From NCBI RefSeq assembly GCF_006345805.1, contig NC_043014.1:34472001-34536000 (forward strand): a DNA stretch of 64,000 bases, written 5' to 3'. The stretch comes from Octopus sinensis. Its lineage: Eukaryota. The notes beneath the pieces are model-generated. The model had not been told where the DNA came from. It saw nothing but the letters and a program-made list of their open reading frames with translations, and searched no databases. The position numbers and the translations under genes are program-made. Below, in pieces: positions 51,369 through 62,620 of the stretch (position 1 is the stretch's first letter; every line of letters starts with the position of its first letter).

Positions 51369-51810
51369 TATATATATGAGTAGAAGCCTATTGTATTATG
51401 TATGTATATGTAACAAATAGATTAACTGGGTTAATTACAGGACAATGCAGTTGAGAATAAACAACAAAATGACATCCATTCATCAAAACTGTCTTACAAA
51501 TTCTCATCTTTGACACAAATGTTTTCATTCTTATCCACACACACACACACATAATTATGTATATATATATATATATATGTATGTATATATATATATCCCT
51601 CTCTCTCTCTTTCGGAGAGGCACAAGCACCTACACGCACATATACACACACGGCAGTAACTTCCGCCTACCGAATTCAATCACAAAGCTTCGGTCGACTC
51701 GGGGCTATAGTGGAAGACACCTGCCCAAAGTGCCATGCAGTGGGACTGAACCCGAAACCATGTAGTTAGGAAGCAAGCTCCCTAACCACACAGCCATGCC
51801 CGCACTTATG

Positions 51811-52193
51811 TATATATATATAAATTAGAAAAAAATCCACCTTTTATCAATTCAATAATGAAAAATTAAATCATACCATTTAGAAAAACTACATATTATA
51901 GAAAGATTAAATATAAGATAAGACATATAACGATGATTAAGTAATGTGCAAAATAATAAATAAAACGTATATCTTTGGTAGAATAATGAGACGTATTTCG
52001 TGGCTATATTTACCAAATATATCTACCAAATACATACGTTTTATTTATTATTTTGCACATTACTTAATCATCGTTATATGTTTTATCTTATATTTAATCT
52101 TTCTATAATATGTAGTTTTTCTAAATGGTATAATTTAATTTTTTCATTATTGAATTGATAAAAGGTGTTTTTTTTCTAATTTATATATATATA
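51811..52193. repeat. Near-perfect inverted duplication, ~160-bp arms, ~63-nt spacer
   Basis: 51811-51970 versus 52034-52193, with only a few mismatches. Confidence 0.9.
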
Positions 52194-52255
52194 TTATATT
52201 TTGTGAAATTTGATTTAGTATTTCTAAAGTTTGGAATAATATTCCATCATATTAT

Positions 52256-52298
<43 letters not shown>

Positions 52299-52782
52299 GA
52301 TTACATATGCAGTGAAGGCGCGTGGCTTAGTGGTTAGGGCATTCAGCTCACGATTGTAAAGTCGTGAGTTCAAATTCCTGGCGACGTGTTGTGCTCTTGA
52401 GCAAGACACTCTATTTCACGTTGCTCCAATCCACTCAGCTGGCAAAAATGAGTTGTACTTGTATTTCAAAGGGCCGGTCTTGTCACATTCTGTGTCACAC
52501 TGAATCTCCCTGAGAACTACGTTAAGGGTACACGTGTCTGTGGATTGCTCAGTCACTTGCATGTTCATTTCACGAGCAAGCTGTTCCATTGATCGTATCA
52601 GCTGGGAGCCTCGTCGTCGTAACTGACAGAGTGCTCCTTTATATATGCATGTCATCATCATCATTATTTAATGTCTAATTTCAATGCTAGCATGAGTTGG
52701 ATGGTTTGACAGCAATATTTGTTTCAACACATGAGTTTACATCAAGAATTTTGCAAAACAAATACATAAACATGTATATGTA

Positions 52783-52842
<60 letters not shown>

Positions 52843-53324
52843 CATGATCATTTTATGTTTGCTTTCTGTACTTGCATGGACTGGAATACATAGATGTTCA
52901 TTATTTCTTCGTAACATACAATTCAACTGATATATATATATATATACCCTACATATTTGCCAATACAAGTTTTGAATTCATCTCAAATGTTATTTTGGAT
53001 AATATAAAAAATGTTCTTTTTTATACTTGATAAAATTTATATATATATATTTGCCATGCTGGACCACTGACATCTACAAGTTTTTTTCACTCTCTGTTTA
53101 TTTTCTTCAATTCTTTTCTGTTGAAGAGCATCGGCTTGAAAGATAAAAGACTTTTTCATTTTTCCCTGAGCATCAAACTAAGAAACTTCCTTGCAGTTCA
53201 CACACCTGTCTTCGTCTTTTGTTTTTCTATAAATTTCAACTATATATATATATATTATATATATATATATATATAATATATATATATATATTATATATAT
53301 ATATATTATATATATATATTTATC

Positions 53325-54191
53325 CATGGTGTCCCAAAAGTCACTGATGGATTTCAATTTTTAATAACTTCCTTAACTTTACGAATGAATGCATGAAATT
53401 TTGATATAATATAAAGGGCATAATGGAAATTAATATGTACAAATTTTGGAACACCACTACATCATATATGCAAAATGACATCGCTTATATGGCAGCCATT
53501 TTTGGCTTTGCATGCCTGTGCTCTTTCCAAAACTTGCACTATACTACCCTCAAGAGTTTCAGACCCTACTTCTCTGATTTCTCTATTGATGTTCTCCTTC
53601 AGTTGCACCAGGGTCTCCAGTTTGTTGACGTAAACCCTCTCTTTCAGGTATCCCCTCAAGAAAAATTCTGGGTTAGTCAAGTCTGGGGAATGTGAAGTCC
53701 AGTTGACATTGCTGTAGCAGGAGATTATTCTCTTTCCAAAGCACTGCTTTAGCAACTGCATTGTTTCTCTAGTGGTATGAGCAGTTGCCCCATCTTGCTG
53801 GAACCATGTGTAAGGTCTACTTTGAATGGGCGGGCAAACAAAGGTCTCAATCATGGATATCTGAAAGAGAATGTTTACATCAACAAACCGGAGATCTTGG
53901 TGCAACTGAAGGAGAACATCAATAGAGAAATCAGGTAAGTGGTGTTTGAAACTCTTGAGGGTGTTATGGTGCAAGTTTTGGAAAGAGCATGGGCATGCAA
54001 AGCCAAAAATGGTTGCCATTTAAGTGATGTCATTTTTCATATGTGATGTAGTGGTGTTGCAAAATTTGACTAGTGCATGTTAATTTCCATTATATCCTTT
54101 ATAACTGTATCAAAATTTCATGCATTTATTTATTTGTGAAGTTAAGGAAGTTATTAAATTGAAATCCATCAGTGACTTTTGGGACATCCTG
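53325..54191. mobile_element. Fold-back Tc1/mariner (DD41D-spaced) derivative made of two transposase 3' ends head to head
   Basis: Termini CATGGTGTCCCAAAAG and reverse complement CAGGATGTCCCAAAAG. Arms about 53325-53653 and 53855-54191. Minus-strand peptide FQQDGATAH...WTSHSPDLTNPEFFLRGYLKERVY has 41 residues between the QD aspartate and the third acidic position. Confidence 0.85.
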
Positions 54192-54214
54192 TGTATGTAT
54201 GTATGTAAGGTAGG

Positions 54215-54455
54215 AGAGTCCAGTTTGCTGGACATTGTTGTAGAGTGAAAACGAGGCAATTTCTACTATTCTCCTCTGGAAGCCATCTACTCGCAATACC
54301 AGAGGGCGCACACTCTCCTACCCTGATGTAATCTCCAGGGATACAGGCATCCAGCAACAGGACCTCCGTAATGCTATGATGGACCGTGAAGTCTGGCGTA
54401 GCATGGTAAATTCCATTGTCTCGACCACGGTCAAACAATGATGAATAATGATGAT
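54215..54455 (+). mobile_element. RTE-like LINE 3' end
   Basis: Peptide ILLWKPSTRNTRGRTLSYPDVISRDTGIQQQDLRNAMMDREVWRSMV, then (GAT)n tail. Confidence 0.7.
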
Positions 54456-54663
54456 GTATGTATGTATGTATGTGTGTGTATAATATATATATATATATAC
54501 CCACAATGGCATTAGAAATGGCATCTAGCTGTAGACACCATGCCAAATCAGACTGGATGCTGGTGTAGCTCTCCAGCTTACCAGTTCAGTCAAACTGTGT
54601 AACCCATGCCAGCATGGAAAGCAGACACTAAATAATAATGATGACTACGATAATGCACACATA

Positions 54664-54697
<34 letters not shown>

Positions 54698-54744
54698 AAT
54701 GTTCTGAAAAAAAGTTATCAATTTAAAATTGTTCTTTTTGGTCT

Positions 54745-54750
54745 TTTATT
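54745..54750 (-). terminator. Candidate polyadenylation signal of OSGIN
   Basis: TTTATT on + (AATAAA on -) about 120 nt downstream of the OSGIN stop codon. Confidence 0.4.
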
Positions 54751-54867
54751 AATAAAAAATTCTTATAAATCATGTTTACTATATTAAAATGTAAACACCA
54801 TATAAAATGCTTTCTCTGAAAAAAATCTTTTTTTAATATAAAAAAAATTCCTAAATAATTATTATTG

Positions 54868-55873
54868 TTATTTTCCCTGAGCTTTCATTATTAAATGATT
54901 TGTGATCCCTAATGAACCCCCAATTGCAAAACGTACAAAATTATCGCCCATCAATGGTCCCATGGCATACATTCCAGGCTCTTTGATTGCTTCATAAGAA
55001 AAAGGGTCCACTTGGATGGGATTATGTTTACTGTCAATAGATTGTTTTTCAATGGTGCCTAGATATTTCCCTTCTTGTGGCAGGAATGCTAAGTTAGGTT
55101 TTGCACCAATCAATACAACAGCCAAGGAGGTATTCAGGGTACTTATGTTGCAGCTGTTTTTAAGACACTTTATCAGTACTTTGTTGTCTTTCTGCAGATC
55201 TTCAACCTGATGCCTGGAATATGGTTTATAAAGGTCATTCACTTCTTTACCTTTCATAAGAGAGTATACTCTGTGATATTCAGGGTACATGCTTAGAGGT
55301 AACTTTTTGAAAACCAGAGATGAATCATTTGGACTGACACGAAATACATGAGCAACAGAGATGTCATTTTCGAGAGCCATCAAAATAGCATCAGCAGCAG
55401 ATAGGCCAGCACCAACAACAACAACAGGATCAGAGTCACTTGCAATCTCTTTTTTTGTAATCATTTGTTCAAAAGCTTTAAGGGAGTGTACCACATAAGG
55501 CAGATTTTCCCCAGTGGTACCTAATCGGTTAGGTAGGTCCGTCGTACCTGTAGCTAAAACTACTGAGTTGCTTTGGAAACAAAAGTCCTCGTGTGGAAAA
55601 GGTTCCTGGCCATCACGTCGTTTTGTATCCACTTTATGTCCACGTACTTCCCATAAAAATTTATGGTCTGCTTTAACATTTTGACAGCAAGGCATTGCTT
55701 CTCCACTCTCACAATCAATTCCTTCACAAGTGTCCAGAACTTTCTGCACAGAACTAACTAAATAACCATTGCGGAAATTCTTGTAAATGTTCTTTTCTTT
55801 TAAAAAATCGCAATAATAGTTGCGGACATCTGCAACTGTTGCACGATTGTCTTTCCTGTTTTTTTCAGACACC
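54868..55873 (-). CDS. OSGIN1/OSGIN2: Terminal coding exon of OSGIN gene (flavin/pyridine-nucleotide oxidoreductase-like C-terminal part)
   Basis: Acceptor ttttttctttcttcAG|G; TC+G gives Ser, then 334 codons and a stop. Motifs NRATVADVRNYY, VVLATGTTDLPNRLG, VVVVGAGLSAADAIL, LAVVLIGAKPNLAFL, GPLMGDNFVRFAIGG are characteristic of OSGIN. The first 23 aa of the ORF-track ORF are intronic. Confidence 0.95.
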
Positions 55874-56332
55874 CTGAAGAAAGAAAAAATATGAAATCTG
55901 ATCAGATTTAAAGAACAAACATACATATAAGAGAGTAACACAATGTGTTTAGTTATTACAACTGCTTGATGACAAACAAGAACTATTATGTGAAATCTAG
56001 CAAGACATTTTTGATTAATGTAAAGTTTCTAGTTTGACAATAAGGCTGACACTACAATTTCGTTAAAAAAATTAATTAATTTTGATTAGAAGTTGTTATA
56101 AGTGAAAAGAAAATTGACGAGCCTTAAAAAGTTATCTCTAAATAATTTTTGTATGTCTAGTGTTCTATGGTTCATACTGAAATTCCATACATAGGAACAA
56201 GCTATAAAAGTATTTTGTACTTAGATGAAATTTATAAGGCCAAATTAACAGCCATAAAATATGAATTTTTAAGAACAACATCTTTGACAGGTGTCATTTT
56301 ACTGGTATTATCTATCAGACAAAAATAAAACG

Positions 56333-56830
56333 TGGCAAGCTGGCAGAAACATTAGCACACCGGGTGAAATGCTTAGCAGTATTTTGTTTGTCTTTACGTT
56401 CTGAGTTCAAATTCTGCTAAAGTCAACTTTGCCTTTCATCCTTTTGGGGTAGATAAATTGACTACCAGTTGCGTACAGGGGTTGATCAAATCGATTGCCC
56501 CCCAAAAAAATTTCGGGCCTTGTGCCTAGAGTAGAAAAGATTATCAGACACAGACAAACTTGTCAAAAAAATTAAATTTTCTTTTCCCCTTGTTTTTCTT
56601 TTGAAAATTCTAATATCTGAAAAATTGGTTTCAAATTTTGGTACAAGACCAACAATTTTGGGGGAGTGGGGTACGTCAATTACATTGAGCACACCAGTAC
56701 TTAACTGGTACTTTTTTTTTTATCAACTTCGAAAGGATGAAAGGCAAAGTCAAACTTGGCAGAATTTGAACTCGGAATGTAAAGATGAACGAAGTGCCAC
56801 TAAGCATTTTACCTGGCATGCTAATGACTG
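56333..56830. mobile_element. Inverted pair of family-A SINEs (56333-56545 +, 56600-56830 -)
   Basis: Direct and reverse-complement matches to the family-A consensus. Confidence 0.75.
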
Positions 56831-57656
56831 TGTCAGCTCACTGTCTGTACATTTGAAATATATCTGAAGTGATCTGTACACTGTGTAACAAAATTAAAAT
56901 TTCTTTTGTCTTTGGTCAGTAAGTATTATTTCTTATATGCTTCTATCTAGAAATCAAAGGAAATTACTACTATTCCCTTCAGACTTTGCTTTTGTGGCTT
57001 GGTCGTCAATGTTTTGAAACCAACTTAGCTCTATTACGTTTCAGACAGATAGAGTGCTGAGTTGCTGAAGCAGAAATATCGTTATAGTAAATATTCTGCT
57101 CAATACCGCAGATTTGCTTGTTAGTTGCTTGCCTTAATCACTTGCGTATGTCTCTTAGTGGCTGACAATATGTGCACCTCATATTGTCATCATCTCTGCT
57201 GGTGAGGAGTAGTGGGGGGGGGAGTGTCACAGCCATATGTTGTGAGGGATTCTTTGGAGTTTGAATAAATGTAACAGAAGCAAAGTTTGAAGGAAATATT
57301 AGTCATTTTTCATACTTCCTAAGAGGTAAGCAAACAGGAAATAACAGTTGCTACCCAAGGACAAAAATCGTGTTATACAGTGTAATCAATTCATAAACTC
57401 CAATCATTGTGTAATAGTGTCAAACAAGGCACATAACTCTGCTTGCTTCAGTTTATTAAACAAAAAGATTCTACTCCTTCTTCACGATTGAGTGATAAAC
57501 ATCCACCAACAAAACAAAGCCGTAATAAAATAAAAACAAATAAAAGATGAGACATATAGCTAAAAAATTTCTCACTCATAGACGTGTGGATCTTATTTTA
57601 CAATAGTTTAACTGATGTGTCAATGGGGAAACGACAAAGGATTATGAAATACTTAC

Positions 57657-57751
57657 GAGGTTTTCTTTTTGTTTAGCCATTTCTGTAAAGGCAAAGATGG
57701 TAGTTCCATCCAGTTACTAATGCTGATAGTCTGTAGGTTTCCATCCATTTG
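57657..57751 (-). CDS. OSGIN1/OSGIN2: Internal exon of OSGIN gene
   Basis: Acceptor ttttccattctccAG|CAA and donor TC|GTAAGT; 95 nt, phase 0/2. Reads QMDGNLQTISISNWMELPSLPLQKWLNKKKT, matching OSGIN EGSMVTLSQGQWMGLP. Not in the ORF track. Confidence 0.9.
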
Positions 57752-57824
57752 CTGGAGAATGGAAAACAAAAAGATACATTAAGAAATTGCTTGGATAATT
57801 AGGGATAGATGCTATATGTGGAAG

Positions 57825-58202
57825 CACTCCATCGGTTACGATGACGAGGGTTCCGGTTGATCCGAATCAATGGAACAGCCTGCTCGTGAAATTAACGTGT
57901 AAGTGGCTGAGCACTCCACAGACACATGTACCCTTAACGTAGTTCTCGGGGATATTCAGCGTGACACAGAGAGTGACAAGGCCGGCCCTTTGAAATACAG
58001 GTACAACAGAAACAGGAAGTAAGAGTGAGAGAAAGTTGTGGTGAAAGAGTACAGCAGGGATCACTACCATCCCCTGCCGGAGCCTCGTGGAGCTTTAGGT
58101 GTTTTCGCTCAATAAACACTCACAAAGCTCGGTCTGGGAATCGAAACCGCGATCCTATGTCCGCGAGTCCGCTGCCCTAACCACTGGGCCATTGCGCCTC
58201 CA
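57825..58202 (-). mobile_element. Family-C tRNA-derived SINE with tail X
   Basis: Head GGAGGCGCAATGGCCCAGTGGTTAGGG (A box) and GGTTTCGATTCCC (B box). Other C heads at about 15590-15775 (-), 18556-18750 (+), 27389-27580 (+), 44995-45175 (-). Confidence 0.85.
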
Positions 58203-58290
58203 CAGATGCTATATATGTTGTTGGTTAACCCAAGGTCAGCTGTTATAATAGCAAGATGGAAGTAGTCAAATGAACTTTGTTTGACTGGTG

Positions 58291-58710
58291 GGATTTTTTC
58301 GGTTTGAACGGCAGTTTTTTTTCTAGCAGTGTCATATGAAATTGTCACCCATAATTATGACCCTAGTATCGATCTATTGCATTTCAATCTGTTTTAGGGT
58401 TAGGGATAGGGGTGGGGGGAAGGGTATCTTTTTTTCTTTGGAAATGTAAATAAACCCAATCTGTTTCTTAAACAAGGGACATATTCATACGGCACAGAAT
58501 GTTTTCACCTCAATAGACGTCATTGATTGGTTGAAATGGCAGAAATTGAAGAAAAAAAAACAACAAATATCTTACAAACTATAGAATTTTCTCAATAAAG
58601 CCAAGAGAAAAAGATGTTTTATAAACACATTCTACCAGTATACGAAGTTTAAAAGTGTTTAGTTACGTGGAAATGATTTAAAAAAACTGCTGTTCAAACC
58701 GAAGAGATCC
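58291..58710. mobile_element. Merlin-like MITE in an OSGIN intron
   Basis: ~30-bp TIRs beginning GG (GGATTTTTTCGGTTTGAACGGCAGTTTTTT vs GGATCTCTTCGGTTTGAACAGCAGTTTTTT); 8-bp TSD GACTGGTG / GACTGGCG. Confidence 0.65.
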
Positions 58711-61063
58711 GACTGGCGTTCTCGTCATGATCATCCACTCCTTTTTCAAACATGGGGTATCTAGGCTACATAAACTAATGTGACATTCCCTTTTTATGAT
58801 AGTGTAGTGTACTTTGAGGGAGATGTGATTGTTATTTCTAGCAGATCAAACAATTCTGTATAGACCTTTGCAGACTCAGTGGTAGTAGTAGTAGTCGTGG
58901 TGGTGATCATGGTGGTAGTGGTGGCCATGATGGATTCAGTGCTAATGGTGGTGTGTTGTTTTTTCTTCTGATCAAAGATGTTCCATTTAACCATTCAGCC
59001 TATTATCCTTAGTTAGTATATCAATAGTATTATTGATATCAATAGTATATCAATAGTATTATATATGTATATATATATGACGGGCTTCTTTCAGTTTCCG
59101 TCTACCAAATCCACTCACAAGGCTTTGGTCGGCCCGAGGCTATAGTAGAAGACACTCGCCCAAGGTGCCACGCAGTGGGACTGAACCCGGAACCATGCGG
59201 TTCGTAAGCAAGCTACTTACCACACAGCCACTGCTACGCCTAAATAAAAACACAAAACAAACTGCCTTCAAATCATCTGCTGAAGTTTATCTACTTTTCT
59301 CTGCTCAATTTGCTAAACAGAGAGCAAACTTGGTAAACTAGAGACAAAGTTTCCATTTCTTTATAGTTTTTTTTATCCCTTCACACATTTCTTCTCTTCC
59401 TATGACCACATGAATATGTTTTGGATTCATTTCTGTTCACTTTGAAGGACAAAGAAGTGATAAGACATATGGTTATCTTTCTAAATAACCAGCTCTAACT
59501 AAAACATAACAGGATAAGTCAGTTACTAACCACATCCTGATCAAATACCTAATAGTTTGCTGTAATTACCCTGCTCCCTATCCTGGTGCTTCATTCACAA
59601 TATTGCTTCATTTTGCGAGTCTCTATGTCTTATCATTTCATTCAGTGATATCCCTTATCATCTAAATACATCTGTTCAAATTCTCTTTCTAACTTCTTTT
59701 CATGATTTTCATTGCTTCTTCTCCCTTCTATACTCTCAATATCTCTCCTCTTTTTTTTTTTTTTCCTGTCTGTCCCTTTCCCTATAAATGCCATATCATC
59801 TGATAATCTTACAAACCTGCAATCAACTATCAGAGAACCAGCCTAAGAAACTTGACCTCTGCTGTAGCAGTGAAGGAATGGTAAAGAATGAGCACAGATT
59901 AGAAGGGCCTCTGAGTGCTGTGACAATACAGTTAGCCTTGCTGATGCATGATCTCATTTCCACATTTTGCCTAATTTGTTATTAGCACAGAGTTGGCACT
60001 TAATAACATCCTGAAGGACAATTTCCTTTGCTTCTAGGAATTTTATTGCGGCTTCCAGTCCATACCAATTCTTTTCCCTAATATGCAAACTACCACACAT
60101 GTTATTCTTCTTATCCTCTATATATCCAAGCTACTCTCTATATTCCAACTTCACTATTACAAGCTTCTCTTACAGTTTGCTTAACCTGCTAGAAATACCA
60201 TACTCTTTTACTCCTTTAATCGAGCAACTCGACCCCGGGACTTATTCTTTTGTAAGCCCAGTACTTATTCTATCGGTCTCTTTTGCCGAACCGCTAAGTA
60301 ACGGGGACATAAACACACCAGCATCGATTGTCAAGCAATGCTAGGGGGACAAACACAGACACACAAAAACATATACATATATATATATATACATATATGC
60401 GACAGGCTTCTTTCAGTTTCCGTCTACCAAATCCACTCACAAGGCTTTGGTCGGCCCGGGGCTATAGCAGAAGACACTTGCCCAAGATGCCACGCAGTGG
60501 GACTGAACCTGGAACCATGTGGTTGGTTAACAAGCTACTTACCACGTCAAAAAAACCCCCCGAAAAACAAAAAGATACATCTCGATAAAAGATGGGACTG
60601 TTACAACTGGAATACCTTTGATTATAGATCTGCTTGATCAAAATTAACCTGAGGCTAAACAAAAATTTTACTAAACCAACACTCACCTCTCTCATTTAGA
60701 TACCAAAAACAAAGAACTTCAGCGCTCTCTAAGATCATTTTTGTCTCTACACTCTAAACTCTTCCAACCACTAGCAGTTGTTTTAATTACTCCCAATCCA
60801 AACAGTGAAGATATCAATTTCAATTCACTTTCCTCCTGAACTCTAAGTATAACAAACCATCTAGCAGGTAATGACTTCATCCATTTTATATTAACAGCCC
60901 CTGATAGTAAATGTACTTCAGACTCACACCTTCTAAGATGTCTGAGTGTCCAAAATCATCTTTCAAGGCATGACCCTTCAAATTCTTCACGCAATCAAAA
61001 CCCATAACCTCAAGTGTGTGTGTGTGTGTGTGTGTATGTGTGTGGGAGAGGGAGAGAGAGACT

Positions 61064-61118
<55 letters not shown>

Positions 61119-61386
61119 TAAGAGAAAGAAAGAGAGAGAGACAGTACATACATACCTATATATATATAAATTTAATGTACAATTTATGGATTTATATAGA
61201 CCAGTGACATTCACAAAAAAAGCTCCTTTAGTGGATCCGGCTTAGGATTGCCACCGAAATTTAGAAATAGCAGTTACCCTAATTATAATTATACTTATAA
61301 TTATAAAATGTTTGTATAAGGTTACCAATAATGGTTCTTTTAACATACCAAACTACTTGGTGAAATTATTAATTAATTTTACCCTT

Positions 61387-61432
<46 letters not shown>

Positions 61433-61587
61433 TTGATGAATTGCTCTACTAGAGAACTCACTTGTGGAACAACTCAGACAGATTATAAGTAAAAACTTGC
61501 AACTGATTTGACCACGTGGGAGTTCACTACATGGCAAATGCTTGTCTCTTCCCATTACCTATGAGGTTCAATAATAATTCAACTAAC

Positions 61588-61779
61588 CTGCCATGAACCA
61601 CCGGGTGACCATTTTCCTAGAACAAGGTGTGGGATTTCATGCTGTCTGTCATATACCCATGTCAGCAGAGAGGGATTTAGTGCCCCATGATCAGCGTCTG
61701 GGTGTAACATATGATCAAATAAAACAGCAACAGGGTTCAGTGAACGTCCTTCAAGTCCTTGGGCCAAATCATATAAATC
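61588..61779 (-). CDS. OSGIN1/OSGIN2: Internal exon of oxidative stress-induced growth inhibitor (OSGIN) family gene
   Basis: Minus-strand acceptor tttcatttctAG|GAT and donor CAG|GTTAGT; 192 nt, phase 0/0. Reads DLYDLAQGLEGRSLNPVAVLFDHMLHPDADHGALNPSLLTWVYDRQHEIPHLVLGKWSPGGSWQ, matching the OSGIN EGRS..PVALLFD..L.PD.D.G...IPHVVLG...PGG.W block. Confidence 0.92.
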
Positions 61780-61934
61780 CTAGAAATGAAAAGAAATAAA
61801 AAGATATGTCATATGACCTGTAAACAATAAATGGGTGTTGGATCAAATCTGTATTTAGATACATTGGCATTTCTCTGCTGGGGTTATTTATTTGTTGATA
61901 TTTAATAGTTTTAAATAAATCACATAGTGCTGCC

Positions 61935-62620
61935 ATGGCTTGAGTGGCAGATAAGCTGAACTGCTAAAGCATTAGACAAAATACTTAGTGACATTTCTTC
62001 TAGCTCTTTACATTCTGAGTTCAAATATTGCCAAGGCTGGCTTTGCATTTCAGCCTTTTGGGTTCGATGAAATAAGTACGAGTTAAACACTGGGGGTCAA
62101 TGTAATCAACTAGCCCCTGCCCACAAAAATTCAGGCCTTGTGCCCATATCATCACCACCGACATTTAATGTCCATTTTCCATGGTGGCATGGGTTGGACA
62201 GCTCAACAAAAATTAGCAAAGCAGGGGCCACACCAGGTCCATGAGTCTGCTTTGGCTCGATTTTTATGGATGGATGCCCTTCCTAACACCAAGCACTCGA
62301 AAGATTGTACTGGGTGCTTTTTACATGGTACCATCACCAGTGTGCTTTCTATGTGATGCCAGCACCCACACCAATGCTTTTTATGTGGTATCTTCATTTT
62401 AGGATCTTAATTCTGTTGTGGCGGGTGCCTAGCAATGTGCCATAATAAAAAGGATTATTATTATTTTAGGAAGAGGACTAGCAGGATCATTTGAGCATTG
62501 GACAAAATGCCTTGTGGTATTTAGTTGTAACTTTTTACATTCTTAGTTCAAATCCTACTGAGACCAACCCTGCCTTTTATCCCTCTGGGACAGATAAAAT
62601 TAAAGTACCACTCAAATATT
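61935..62620 (+). mobile_element. Family-A SINEs (61935-62140, 62470-62620) with a family-E fragment (62150-62400, -) between them
   Basis: Diverged matches to family A and family E consensus. Another family-A copy lies at about 36480-36700. Confidence 0.6.
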
